Origin: Nostoc sp. PCC 7120 = FACHB-418
GTDB taxonomy: Bacteria; Cyanobacteriota; Cyanobacteriia; Cyanobacteriales; Nostocaceae
Direction of reading: 5' to 3'
Assembly: GCF_000009705.1 (NCBI RefSeq)
Contig: NC_003272.1
Coordinates: 5,340,001-5,372,000, forward strand
Length of the DNA stretch: 32,000 nt
The position numbers and the translations under genes are program-made. A model generated the notes under the pieces. The model was not told the origin of the DNA and searched no databases. It worked only from the letters and a program-made list of their open reading frames with translations. Below, one piece after another: positions 17,340-25,346 of this stretch (position 1 is its first letter; each line of letters starts with the position of its first letter).

Positions 17340-17924
17340 TTAATTCTGTTCTGATTTTGATGTAATAATTTCTGTGGGACGTAAAACTTTCTCACCCATG
17401 AGAAAACCTTGACGGACAATTTTTGTAATTGTCTGGTCTTCTACATCATTTCTAATTTCCCGGTCTACGACTCGACAGAAATTAAAATCGGGTTGGTCAC
17501 TCTGCAATTCTATCGGCAAAACTTGGCGCTTGCTGAGGACGCTGAGAAATTTACGATGGACTGCGGCTACAGACTTGGGTAAGCGCTGGAAAAACTCTGG
17601 GCTGGGGTCTGGGTTATTTTCTAGGTAATTGAGTAAGGCTTCGAGTGCGTCGGTAACTTCTAGGAGTTCTAAGAATAAATCTTCAGTATTGGCGGCGGTT
17701 TGAGTTTGTTGTTCTCGCAAGGATTGCTGGAATGAGGTATTTTGCTTTTGTAAGCTGCTAAATTCTTGGATTAACCAGTCCCTTTGTGCTTGAGTCAGAA
17801 GATAGCGGTTTTCGATAAATGTAGCTACATCTGGGGAAGATGTGGGGATTTCCGACTTTGTACCAAGGAATTTGGATTTTAGCCAATTGGTAACTTGGAG
17901 ATAAATTGAGGGTGAGTCAGACAC
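17340..17924 (-). CDS. GrpE-like nucleotide exchange factor
   Basis: 194 aa with a GTG start. The C-terminus ...QTITKIVRQGFLMGEKVLRPTEIITSK matches the GrpE beta-domain pattern (..qkGY.l.gRvlRpA.V.V.k). The start overlaps the J-like gene stop by 8 nt (GTGTCTGA). Confidence 0.65.
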   Translation of the reverse strand: MSDSPSIYLQVTNWLKSKFLGTKSEIPTSSPDVATFIENRYLLTQAQRDWLIQEFSSLQKQNTSFQQSLREQQTQTAANTEDLFLELLEVTDALEALLNYLENNPDPSPEFFQRLPKSVAAVHRKFLSVLSKRQVLPIELQSDQPDFNFCRVVDREIRNDVEDQTITKIVRQGFLMGEKVLRPTEIITSKSEQN

Positions 17925-18531
17925 GGGACATCTCTTTTGATAAATGAGGTAGAGTTTTGTTTGCCCAAGTTTGCACTTGGGGATGGGGATGATTCACTAA
18001 AATCTGGCAGAGTGCCACGGCTCTTTGTAATTGTCCACCTAGCTGATAAGCTCTAATTAGCCACATCTGGGCTTGGATATAAGCTTGAGTATGGCTGTCT
18101 TGACAGATGTGGCAGTAGTCTTCTAAATATTTTATGGCTTTCGGGTAACGTCTCTCTTGGCAAGCTGTGATACCCTCGCTTAAGAGTTCTGCTAGGGGTA
18201 TGTTTAAGGGTTCTCGTTCTTGGTTTTCTTCTTGGGTTGCTTGAGCGATCGCCTTTTCCAATCCATCAAATTCTGGCAATATAACTAAAGTGGGGGCGGA
18301 CTCTGCTAAGGCGGATAAGTCACTATATTTAAAACGTTTGATAGGAGGCAATATAGGACGTAAATAGTCAGCGATGATGCGTTCTTCTGGCTTCATCAAG
18401 CTTTTTTGGGCTTTCGCAATCACATCTACAGGATATTGCTTGCGCTTCATCGCCACTGCTACAGCTTTGGTAATCTCAGCTTTTGATGCTGCTTGAGATA
18501 TACCCAAAATATCGTAAGGATTCTGTTCCAT
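17917..18531 (-). CDS. J-like domain protein with C-terminal TPR-like repeats
   Basis: 204 aa. The N-terminus NPYDILGISQAASKAEITKAVAVAMKRKQYPVD...PEERIIADYL resembles a J-domain, but YPVD stands where HPD is expected. The C-terminus has TPR-like helices (YPKAIKYLEDY..., RAYQLGGQLQRAVALCQ). Confidence 0.65.
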   Translation of the reverse strand: MEQNPYDILGISQAASKAEITKAVAVAMKRKQYPVDVIAKAQKSLMKPEERIIADYLRPILPPIKRFKYSDLSALAESAPTLVILPEFDGLEKAIAQATQEENQEREPLNIPLAELLSEGITACQERRYPKAIKYLEDYCHICQDSHTQAYIQAQMWLIRAYQLGGQLQRAVALCQILVNHPHPQVQTWANKTLPHLSKEMSRV

Positions 18532-18544
18532 ATCTCACCTTTGT

Positions 18545-21274
18545 TCAACGGATATTTAGTCGGTGGTAAATTTCTTGATAATCTGGGTCATAAGGACAAA
18601 GTTCATAAACCCAACGACCTAATTGATGGACTAAATGAGTAGATAATGTTTCACTTTTAATTCCTCTAATCAAGGTCATCATGAAATAGTCACCCACATA
18701 GGAACGAATCGCATCGTATTGTGAGGACTGGGTGCGGCGGACAGCTTCTTCATAGCGATCGCGTTTGATGAGATGATGGATTTGATGTAGTTCTTGGCTA
18801 ATCAGATAGATTTCTTGGATGTTTGGCTCATCAGGACTAAGTTCATAAGCCCAACGACCTAAATCATAAATCTCTTCAAAGCCCACTTTTCGGGTCTTAA
18901 ATCCATCGACTAAAATATCTACACAAATTTCAGTGACTATATTTTTAACCTTAGGATGTCGGTTTTGTTTGGCAAAATTCACTGCTCCTTCCAGATTATT
19001 TTTATTTAAAAGTTCTTCAATTACTTCTACTGCTAATGCCACTTCAATTCGCTGAATTAGATCAATGACAATCGGATTATCAGCATCAATTAGTTTAATT
19101 TTCTCTAGTTCTTTAAGAGCTTTCTGCTTAGATATCTGTTTATTAGCAACTTGCTCTCTGACTTTTTCTGCTTTGTATTCAGCTAAATAATTTCTCGCCT
19201 TGGGACTGTCTAAAATATCGTACCAAAATTGGGCAAGAACTAAATGTTCATGGTCTTCGGAGATGTCTTGACGCTGTAATAAGCAAAGTCTATCTACTTC
19301 ATTTTGCCATTCTTTATTAACCTGAATTTCTGATTTTGCTTGCTTGAGTGGATTAATTGCCTCACGCCATTTATGCTGTTGTAGGTAATAGCATCCTTCA
19401 TAGTAAGCAACAAAGTTATTAGCAAATATTTCTAACTCAGAAATTGCTGGATTTATAGGTTTAAGTTTAATTGCTCTTTGGCTATCTCCTGCCACACAAG
19501 CTGCTACTGCTAATCCCCAATTTGTGTATAAGCAATGTAGAATTTTTTGGTTAGGATCTATTTGATTGAAATTATTGCTTTGGGCGAGAGCGAGATAATG
19601 ATTATAACAACCAGGAGTTAAAAATATATCGTTGATTTTTATTCCTTTGATTGGAGGCTGACCCATTATTTCTAGGGCTAAGGTTTCCAATCGCCAGCAA
19701 TCACGAAACTTTAAATAATTATCAATATTTTTATCTTTTATAGTATCAATAAACGTTTCCATCCTATTTTTTATTTGGTTAAATACTAAGTTGAAATCAA
19801 CAGGTTTGCTTCCCAGCCAAGGTACATCTTGAAGGTTGACATCTTTGTGGAGATTCGCTAAGGCTGTGGATAAGGAAATAATTAAATTTATGAGATGAGT
19901 TGAGTCCTTTTGAGCGTGATAGTAATTGGCTACTGCCCAATTGTGTAAATTAATAATATTAGGGTTGGCAATCCAATCATTTTCAGCTTGTTGGCTAATA
20001 ACTTTCCAGTGATATCCTTGCCAAACTGCTGCTTCAAGACGTGGCTGGATATGTTGTTGGAGATTTTCTTCTATTAACTTGTTAAAACCAAATTTTTGGG
20101 TAAATTCTGTACTAGCTATTTTAGCTTGTTCTAGATTTTCAGCCTTAACTAATTCTTCAATATTTTGTAGAGAGCATAGCCGTTGTCTTTGGCTGAGAAC
20201 TTTAAGAATTTCTCGTTGTTCACTGATTTGTGCGCCCGATAAACCTTGCCATTCTCGATAGGCTATTTGTAAATTTTCCTGTTGTGCATGAGCAAATCCC
20301 CGGAGATATGCCGCTTGTTCTCCCGGTAAATCTTCCAAGTAAGATAATGCTGTTTCCCAGTCTTGAATTTTAATTGTTACTAAGCCTAACCTGATGCGGC
20401 AATTAGTACTTTCTGGCAATAGGGATTCAGCATTTTCATATAAAGAAATAGCTGTGGGGAAATCACCAACTTCTTCTGCTGCTAAACCTCGGCGAAATAG
20501 TTCCCTACCTTTAACTAGTGATTTGAGTTTGTGTAGTAACTCACGTCCATCTGTGCGGGGAAATCTAACTAAAGCCGATTCTAAAAGGGCGATCGCTCCC
20601 CGTAGCTTTCCTTCCGTTTCCCCTTGTCGCACTCTTTGTAAACTCGCGGCGTACAGTTCTTCTTGTGGGACTTGCTGTGTAGCGGTAGCAATGGCTTGTG
20701 TTACAGCCTGTGTAGAGTAAAGTTGTTCAGCTTGCTGGTAAGTGGCGATCGCATTTTTAAAAAATAGATTTTCTGCCAGGGATTCGGCTTGCTTTACCAA
20801 TCCTTGGAACTGGTGGCGTTTCCGTAGTTCTTGTTGATATTGGTTAATTGCTTGCAATATTCTCTCATCGTGGAGAATCTTGCTACAACGCTGATAAATG
20901 GTAATGATATTTGCCAGGTTTGTGGTTTCCCAAGGATCGCCAGTATCTAGTTTGAGCAGAGTTTTAGCACTAGCAAGTTGTTTGTCAACCATCCCTACTT
21001 GTTTGCGCCATTCTTGTAATTGCTGAGTTAGTTGATTCACCAGCTTACCTAAAAGGATTTGGCAAATCAACCGTTCCCAAAAACCGGGTTTTCTCGACCA
21101 AAAACTCAAGGCTTTTTCGGCGATGGTGATGGCTTCCCGCAGGTGTTTTGTTTGGGCTAGTTGTGCGGCTTTTTGGCTCGCTTCCTTCGTTTGTGGTGCT
21201 TTCAGCCAAGCATCAACAATTCCTATTCCTAAATGATTCTTAGTTAATTTATTTAAGCTTTCCAGCAGGTTCAT
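18545..21274 (-). CDS. 909-aa all-helical TPR-like repeat protein (hypothetical)
   Basis: Long ORF. I took the start at the ATG that overlaps the LysM gene stop (TAATG). It has many TPR-like A/Y/L-rich helix pairs and a duplicated 80-aa C-terminal module. Confidence 0.7.
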   Translation of the reverse strand: MNLLESLNKLTKNHLGIGIVDAWLKAPQTKEASQKAAQLAQTKHLREAITIAEKALSFWSRKPGFWERLICQILLGKLVNQLTQQLQEWRKQVGMVDKQLASAKTLLKLDTGDPWETTNLANIITIYQRCSKILHDERILQAINQYQQELRKRHQFQGLVKQAESLAENLFFKNAIATYQQAEQLYSTQAVTQAIATATQQVPQEELYAASLQRVRQGETEGKLRGAIALLESALVRFPRTDGRELLHKLKSLVKGRELFRRGLAAEEVGDFPTAISLYENAESLLPESTNCRIRLGLVTIKIQDWETALSYLEDLPGEQAAYLRGFAHAQQENLQIAYREWQGLSGAQISEQREILKVLSQRQRLCSLQNIEELVKAENLEQAKIASTEFTQKFGFNKLIEENLQQHIQPRLEAAVWQGYHWKVISQQAENDWIANPNIINLHNWAVANYYHAQKDSTHLINLIISLSTALANLHKDVNLQDVPWLGSKPVDFNLVFNQIKNRMETFIDTIKDKNIDNYLKFRDCWRLETLALEIMGQPPIKGIKINDIFLTPGCYNHYLALAQSNNFNQIDPNQKILHCLYTNWGLAVAACVAGDSQRAIKLKPINPAISELEIFANNFVAYYEGCYYLQQHKWREAINPLKQAKSEIQVNKEWQNEVDRLCLLQRQDISEDHEHLVLAQFWYDILDSPKARNYLAEYKAEKVREQVANKQISKQKALKELEKIKLIDADNPIVIDLIQRIEVALAVEVIEELLNKNNLEGAVNFAKQNRHPKVKNIVTEICVDILVDGFKTRKVGFEEIYDLGRWAYELSPDEPNIQEIYLISQELHQIHHLIKRDRYEEAVRRTQSSQYDAIRSYVGDYFMMTLIRGIKSETLSTHLVHQLGRWVYELCPYDPDYQEIYHRLNIR

Positions 21275-21720
21275 TAAATATCCTCCTGGCAATGAGGAAT
21301 TTTCAACACCTGACCCACCTCTAGATAGTTTTCTCTTCCTATGAGTTGGGGGTTGGCTTGCACCATTGTTTGCAAAGAAACTCCCTGACCACACAATTTC
21401 TGAGCGATCGCACTGAGATTATCTCCCGCTTGAACTGTGTAGGTGGTTGGTTCTGGTGGTTTTTGGGGTGTAACAGGGCTTGGTTGAGTAATAACTACTG
21501 TATTTAACTGCGGTCGAGAAAATATAAAATTCGTCGCCACTCCCAGACCTATGGCAATAATTAGCAGCAACAGGGCGATTCTTAATGGCCACGGCGATTG
21601 AGTGGGGACTTGCGGTAACGCTTGCAGCATCCGAATTACACGTAAATCAGCATCACAATTGGGGCAAGTATCGCCTGTAATATCTTGGTAACTACATACA
21701 GGACAATTCATTTGCATCAT
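21274..21720 (-). CDS. zinc-ribbon / single-TM / LysM-domain protein
   Basis: 148 aa from the ATG overlapping the Hsp70 stop (ATGA). It has CPVC-x(10)-CPNC, a TM helix (WPLRIALLLLIIAIGLGVATNFIF), a Pro-rich linker, and LysM (YTVQAGDNLSAIAQKL...VGQVLKIP). Confidence 0.75.
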   Translation of the reverse strand: MMQMNCPVCSYQDITGDTCPNCDADLRVIRMLQALPQVPTQSPWPLRIALLLLIIAIGLGVATNFIFSRPQLNTVVITQPSPVTPQKPPEPTTYTVQAGDNLSAIAQKLCGQGVSLQTMVQANPQLIGRENYLEVGQVLKIPHCQEDI

Positions 21721-23930
21721 CGGCTGATTCCTGTAGCAATCATATTGCTCGGTAATTCCTGATTGAGCCAAAGTTTCACATCTGGTTGTAATTCTTGCCA
21801 CAAGCGATCGCTTTCTTGTCCATTACCATTTTCCATCGCTTCGAGTAGACGATAGAGTTTATCTGACATGGCGCTGGCTTGGGTGGGTGCAACTTGCCTG
21901 GCTTGGCGGATAGCTAACAAACTAGCTTGAATGACTTGGACTTCATTTGGTAGATTATCAAGTTCTCGTCTAGCATCTTCACTGTAAGATTCCATTCTCG
22001 ATAGGTCATGGGTATTAATTGCCCCTTGCAAATCTTGACTCAGCTTTTGTAATCTTTCCTTTTGTGGTTGAGGAATGAGAAAACCGCAGATTTGGACAAT
22101 GCGATCGCATTCATTCATCAGAGACTCCGCTTCCAAAGCTTCCTTAGACATGGAAACTTGGAATTTCTGCAAAGTTACTTGAGCGTCATCGCGTTTATCG
22201 ATGCGTTCTTCCTCAGTTTTAGGATCGATAATACCGTTAGCTAATTTGACTACTGGAACTGCTAACTTCAATGCTTCTTCTACCCCAAGTTGAGTTAAGT
22301 CTTGATGATTGAGTTCAGCGATCGCTACTTCTAGTTCCCTGTAAATTTTCTCATCCGAGCGACCCCGCGAAAATGTACAACTCACTCTTTCTGCCGGGTC
22401 ATTTTTTAGGGTGGCTGTCATTTTTAAAGCGCTATTTTTCTCGTCTAACTCCAAATTCACTAAAATTTCCGTCCCCTTGGGATAAACCTCGTTTAAACCC
22501 AACCACATATCCCCGATACTTTCTTGTTTATCGACCCCATCCAATTCTTCCCTCACCTGGTCAGGGCTAAAAAACTGGAAGTGAATTAACCGTTGTCCAT
22601 CAGCCACAGTTTTGAAGGTGTGGGATGTGATTACAGGCAGGATATCATTACGGTTAATCACTTTATAGCGATCGTCTAGCAACTTGATGTAGTAATCACG
22701 GGATACTGTTGTAACTTTATCTGTTTGCCCAGCCGCCACAATCGCCGCCCCTTCTGCCACCGCATACATCGGCCGCGGATGCAAAACCACCTTATTATTA
22801 CCAAAGGCTTCTTTAACTTTGCGTTGTACTAAAGGAATTTGGGAAGACCCCCCAACCAACAACACTATATCCACCATTTCCAAGTGATATTCTGCATCTT
22901 GTAAGGCGAGGCGGCAAATCTGCACTGAACGATCAACCAAGTCACTAATCATCGCCTCAAATTGCTGGCGAGTAATTTCTACTTCAATAGGAATGGCAAT
23001 ACCTAATTCATCCAGTAATTGAGTTGCTGGGCTAATCCGTGCTACTTGGGCGCTACTTAATTCAACCTTGGCACGTTCTACAGCCATTTTCAGGTCGGCG
23101 TTAAATCTTAGCCTTTGGTAATAAGGCATTTTGGCTATTAAGCCGTCAATATCCCCAATTTTCTCCTCCTGGGCAACTTGGGTTTTGACAAAGTTCATAA
23201 TTTGAGAATCGATGTCATCCCCACCTAACCATAAATCTCCCGCTTTTCCCTGTTCAATAAATGAAGTACCAGCTGCGGTAATCAGGGAAGCATCAAATGT
23301 ACCGCCACCAAAATCGTAAACTAAAATCGTCTTCACATCTTCGCTATCTGGCGAAAAACCATAGGATATAGCAGCCGCCGTCGGTTCTGGTAGTAATTCT
23401 AAAGGTGTCAGTCCGGCTTTGAGGGCGGCGGTACGGGTGGCGTAGCGTTGCTGGTCATTGAAATAGGCAGGAATCGTAATCACGGCTTGGTCGATTACTT
23501 CGTCTATCTTGCCAATTCCTTGACGATAAGCTTGGGCATTAGATACGACTTTTTTGAGAATTTCAGCCGAGATATCCTCTGGACTGTATTCTTGACCTCC
23601 TAGCCAAACCGCAATGCTGTTATCGGTTCCGTAGCTAGGTTCAGTAATTTTGTAACCGACCTCTAACCTTTGTTTTTTGACTGCTTGGTCACTAAAACCC
23701 CTACCTATCAAGCGCTTAATTGAAGCAATCACATTTTCTGGGTCAGCCCGTAACTGATTGTAAGCTTGATTTCCTACCAATAATTTATCCTGGTCATAGG
23801 CAACAAGCGATCGCGTTAATTTTCTATCTGGGGGTGTGTTGTCATTAGCTGTCACTACCTCTACTTCTGCTAACTTAAACGCACCAACAGAATTAGTTGT
23901 TCCCAAATCAATTCCGATTGCCTTACCCAT
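21717..23930 (-). CDS. divergent Hsp70-family ATPase (DnaK paralog)
   Basis: 737 aa from MGKAIGIDLGTTNS. Actin-fold motifs are intact (IDLGTTNS, DFGGGTFD, LLVGGSSQIP). No canonical hydrophobic (LLLDV-type) NBD-SBD linker motif is evident by eye. There is a long helical C-terminal extension. Confidence 0.9.
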   Translation of the reverse strand: MGKAIGIDLGTTNSVGAFKLAEVEVVTANDNTPPDRKLTRSLVAYDQDKLLVGNQAYNQLRADPENVIASIKRLIGRGFSDQAVKKQRLEVGYKITEPSYGTDNSIAVWLGGQEYSPEDISAEILKKVVSNAQAYRQGIGKIDEVIDQAVITIPAYFNDQQRYATRTAALKAGLTPLELLPEPTAAAISYGFSPDSEDVKTILVYDFGGGTFDASLITAAGTSFIEQGKAGDLWLGGDDIDSQIMNFVKTQVAQEEKIGDIDGLIAKMPYYQRLRFNADLKMAVERAKVELSSAQVARISPATQLLDELGIAIPIEVEITRQQFEAMISDLVDRSVQICRLALQDAEYHLEMVDIVLLVGGSSQIPLVQRKVKEAFGNNKVVLHPRPMYAVAEGAAIVAAGQTDKVTTVSRDYYIKLLDDRYKVINRNDILPVITSHTFKTVADGQRLIHFQFFSPDQVREELDGVDKQESIGDMWLGLNEVYPKGTEILVNLELDEKNSALKMTATLKNDPAERVSCTFSRGRSDEKIYRELEVAIAELNHQDLTQLGVEEALKLAVPVVKLANGIIDPKTEEERIDKRDDAQVTLQKFQVSMSKEALEAESLMNECDRIVQICGFLIPQPQKERLQKLSQDLQGAINTHDLSRMESYSEDARRELDNLPNEVQVIQASLLAIRQARQVAPTQASAMSDKLYRLLEAMENGNGQESDRLWQELQPDVKLWLNQELPSNMIATGISR

Positions 23931-24127
23931 GCTGAACCAAGATTTTTTTGTATAAATTGTTGATAGCAACCAAGCTTATACACGAGTAAAACCCATACTT
24001 ATTAAGGGTTTTCATGGATTACTTAGACTTTGCTCAACCAATGTTATACAAAATACTTGGAAACCAACCTCAGCAAAACTACTGTCAAACCTACAGGTTA
24101 GCAAAAGTTTATAAGCAGTGATAAGTG

Positions 24128-24550
24128 CTAAATCATTGTTTTTGAATTCCCCTCAGGGTTTGACCTGCGAGTATACAAGTATGCCCAGGCAATTAACACC
24201 GCTTGAAATGGTAATCTTGCCACATAGAGTAATTGATTATGCGGAATACCATCAATGGGAATGTTGTGCAGCGTCATATAAATATTGGCAGGAAACACAG
24301 CAATAAATAAGGAAATCAGCCCCCATGCTGCTGCGACGCTGACAGATGGAATCATTAAGCCAATACCACCCAAAATTTCCAAAAACCCGCTAATGTAGAC
24401 TGATGTAAATGGCGGAAATGGTGGTGGTACAATCCGAGCATACTGCTCTGGTCTAAGAAAATGCGTGATGCCGACGATGATGATAGCGACAGCTAAAATA
24501 CCACGGAATAATTCTCGGCGACGATAACTTTGGTCGATTACAGAAGACAT
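24128..24550 (-). CDS. DoxX-like small membrane protein
   Basis: 140 aa with 4 predicted TM segments and a DoxX-like GFLEILGGIGLMIP segment. Confidence 0.55.
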   Translation of the reverse strand: MSSVIDQSYRRRELFRGILAVAIIIVGITHFLRPEQYARIVPPPFPPFTSVYISGFLEILGGIGLMIPSVSVAAAWGLISLFIAVFPANIYMTLHNIPIDGIPHNQLLYVARLPFQAVLIAWAYLYTRRSNPEGNSKTMI

Positions 24551-24768
24551 ATACAGATAGAAAATGTACTGACAATATGGTAAATATTGTTTTTTTATAG
24601 TTCTTCTATCTGAGGTTAGCTGTTCCTGTATTTAGGGACTTCCAAATAAAAAAATGTCCAAATGTAGTGTGCGTCAGTGCGATGGAACCTAACTATGTTC
24701 AGAAATTATTCATACTGACGCACCTTACCAAACAAGCAATTTCGGATAATTTATTTTTTGGTGTTACC

Positions 24769-25278
24769 TTAAATATTCAAATCCAGCAAAGCCAGACGAA
24801 TTTGCTCCATACGCCTGCGATTAACACCGAGATCAGAATCTCCGATGCGAGATGCCGATCGCAAATGAATCACTGACTCATTAGGCGGTAAGTAAAATTC
24901 TACATCATCAACAAATTTAAAAATACGGCTTTTAGAAAGGGCATGGATATAGTTATCTGTCTGTTCTACAACCTCTGTACGCGGAACGACTGTCAGCACC
25001 TTGAGTAAAATTTCTCGTGCTTTGTCGCGGTCTATATGATAGGGAATTGGTTCAATGGCGTGTTTAGTATCGGCATTTTGACTGACAACACAATTTGGGG
25101 AAGCTGGACAAGCACTAAGATGACCGCTATCAACCCCCAACCCAGAATGAGAAGCCCAAGTAGGTGCAGGAAATATGACAATACTTGTCAAGAATAATAC
25201 TGCTGAAACCATACCCCATAGGAGTTGGCGAGAGGCGAAAGGTTTTAGTGGACGGAACACGATAAGTATACTCCTCAA
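24769..25278 (-). CDS. DUF1499-family protein with signal peptide
   Basis: 169 aa. It has the CPASPNCVVSQ motif typical of DUF1499 and a hydrophobic N-terminal leader. The start is uncertain (TTG at 25278 or an internal ATG). Confidence 0.65.
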   Translation of the reverse strand: MRSILIVFRPLKPFASRQLLWGMVSAVLFLTSIVIFPAPTWASHSGLGVDSGHLSACPASPNCVVSQNADTKHAIEPIPYHIDRDKAREILLKVLTVVPRTEVVEQTDNYIHALSKSRIFKFVDDVEFYLPPNESVIHLRSASRIGDSDLGVNRRRMEQIRLALLDLNI

Positions 25279-25346
25279 AGTTTAATACCAATTCGTAACT
25301 CGTAATGAAGAAAGAACGACTGATATCACCTCACACTCAGCACTTT

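Noticed and set aside
20079-20720. 60-aa and 108-aa plus-strand ORFs inside the 909-aa TPR gene. Similar shadow ORFs occur at 1337-1585, 2201-2383, 3095-3277, 5986-6207, 6648-6935, 11093-11320, 22062-22570, 27424-27639, 28401-28781, 29521-29718, 30465-30707 and 31090-31356.
   Set aside because: All lie antisense to or out of frame within much longer ORFs that have clear family signatures. Their products are low-complexity (S/R/P/C-rich).
21721-21801. Longer N-terminal extensions offered by the ORF track for the LysM protein (to 21801), the TPR protein (to 21394) and Hsp70 (TTG at 23969).
   Set aside because: The extensions overlap the preceding gene by 80-120 nt. For Hsp70, the extension precedes the canonical MGKAIGIDLGTTNS start. 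Stop/start overlaps (ATGA, TAATG) give far more plausible coupled starts.
24098-24131. CIRCE-like heat-shock operator upstream of the Hsp70 operon (TTAGCAAAA ... AAGTGCTAA).
   Set aside because: The spacer is 16 nt rather than the canonical 9, and the left arm matches only 6 of 9 positions of TTAGCACTC. It also overlaps the 3' end of the DoxX-like gene. This is not a convincing HrcA site.
24118-24876. Plus-strand ORFs 24118-24306 and 24667-24876.
   Set aside because: The first is antisense to the DoxX-like gene. The second spans a long-loop inverted repeat (GTGCGTCAGT...ACTGACGCAC, 24670-24722) and runs antisense into the DUF1499 gene.
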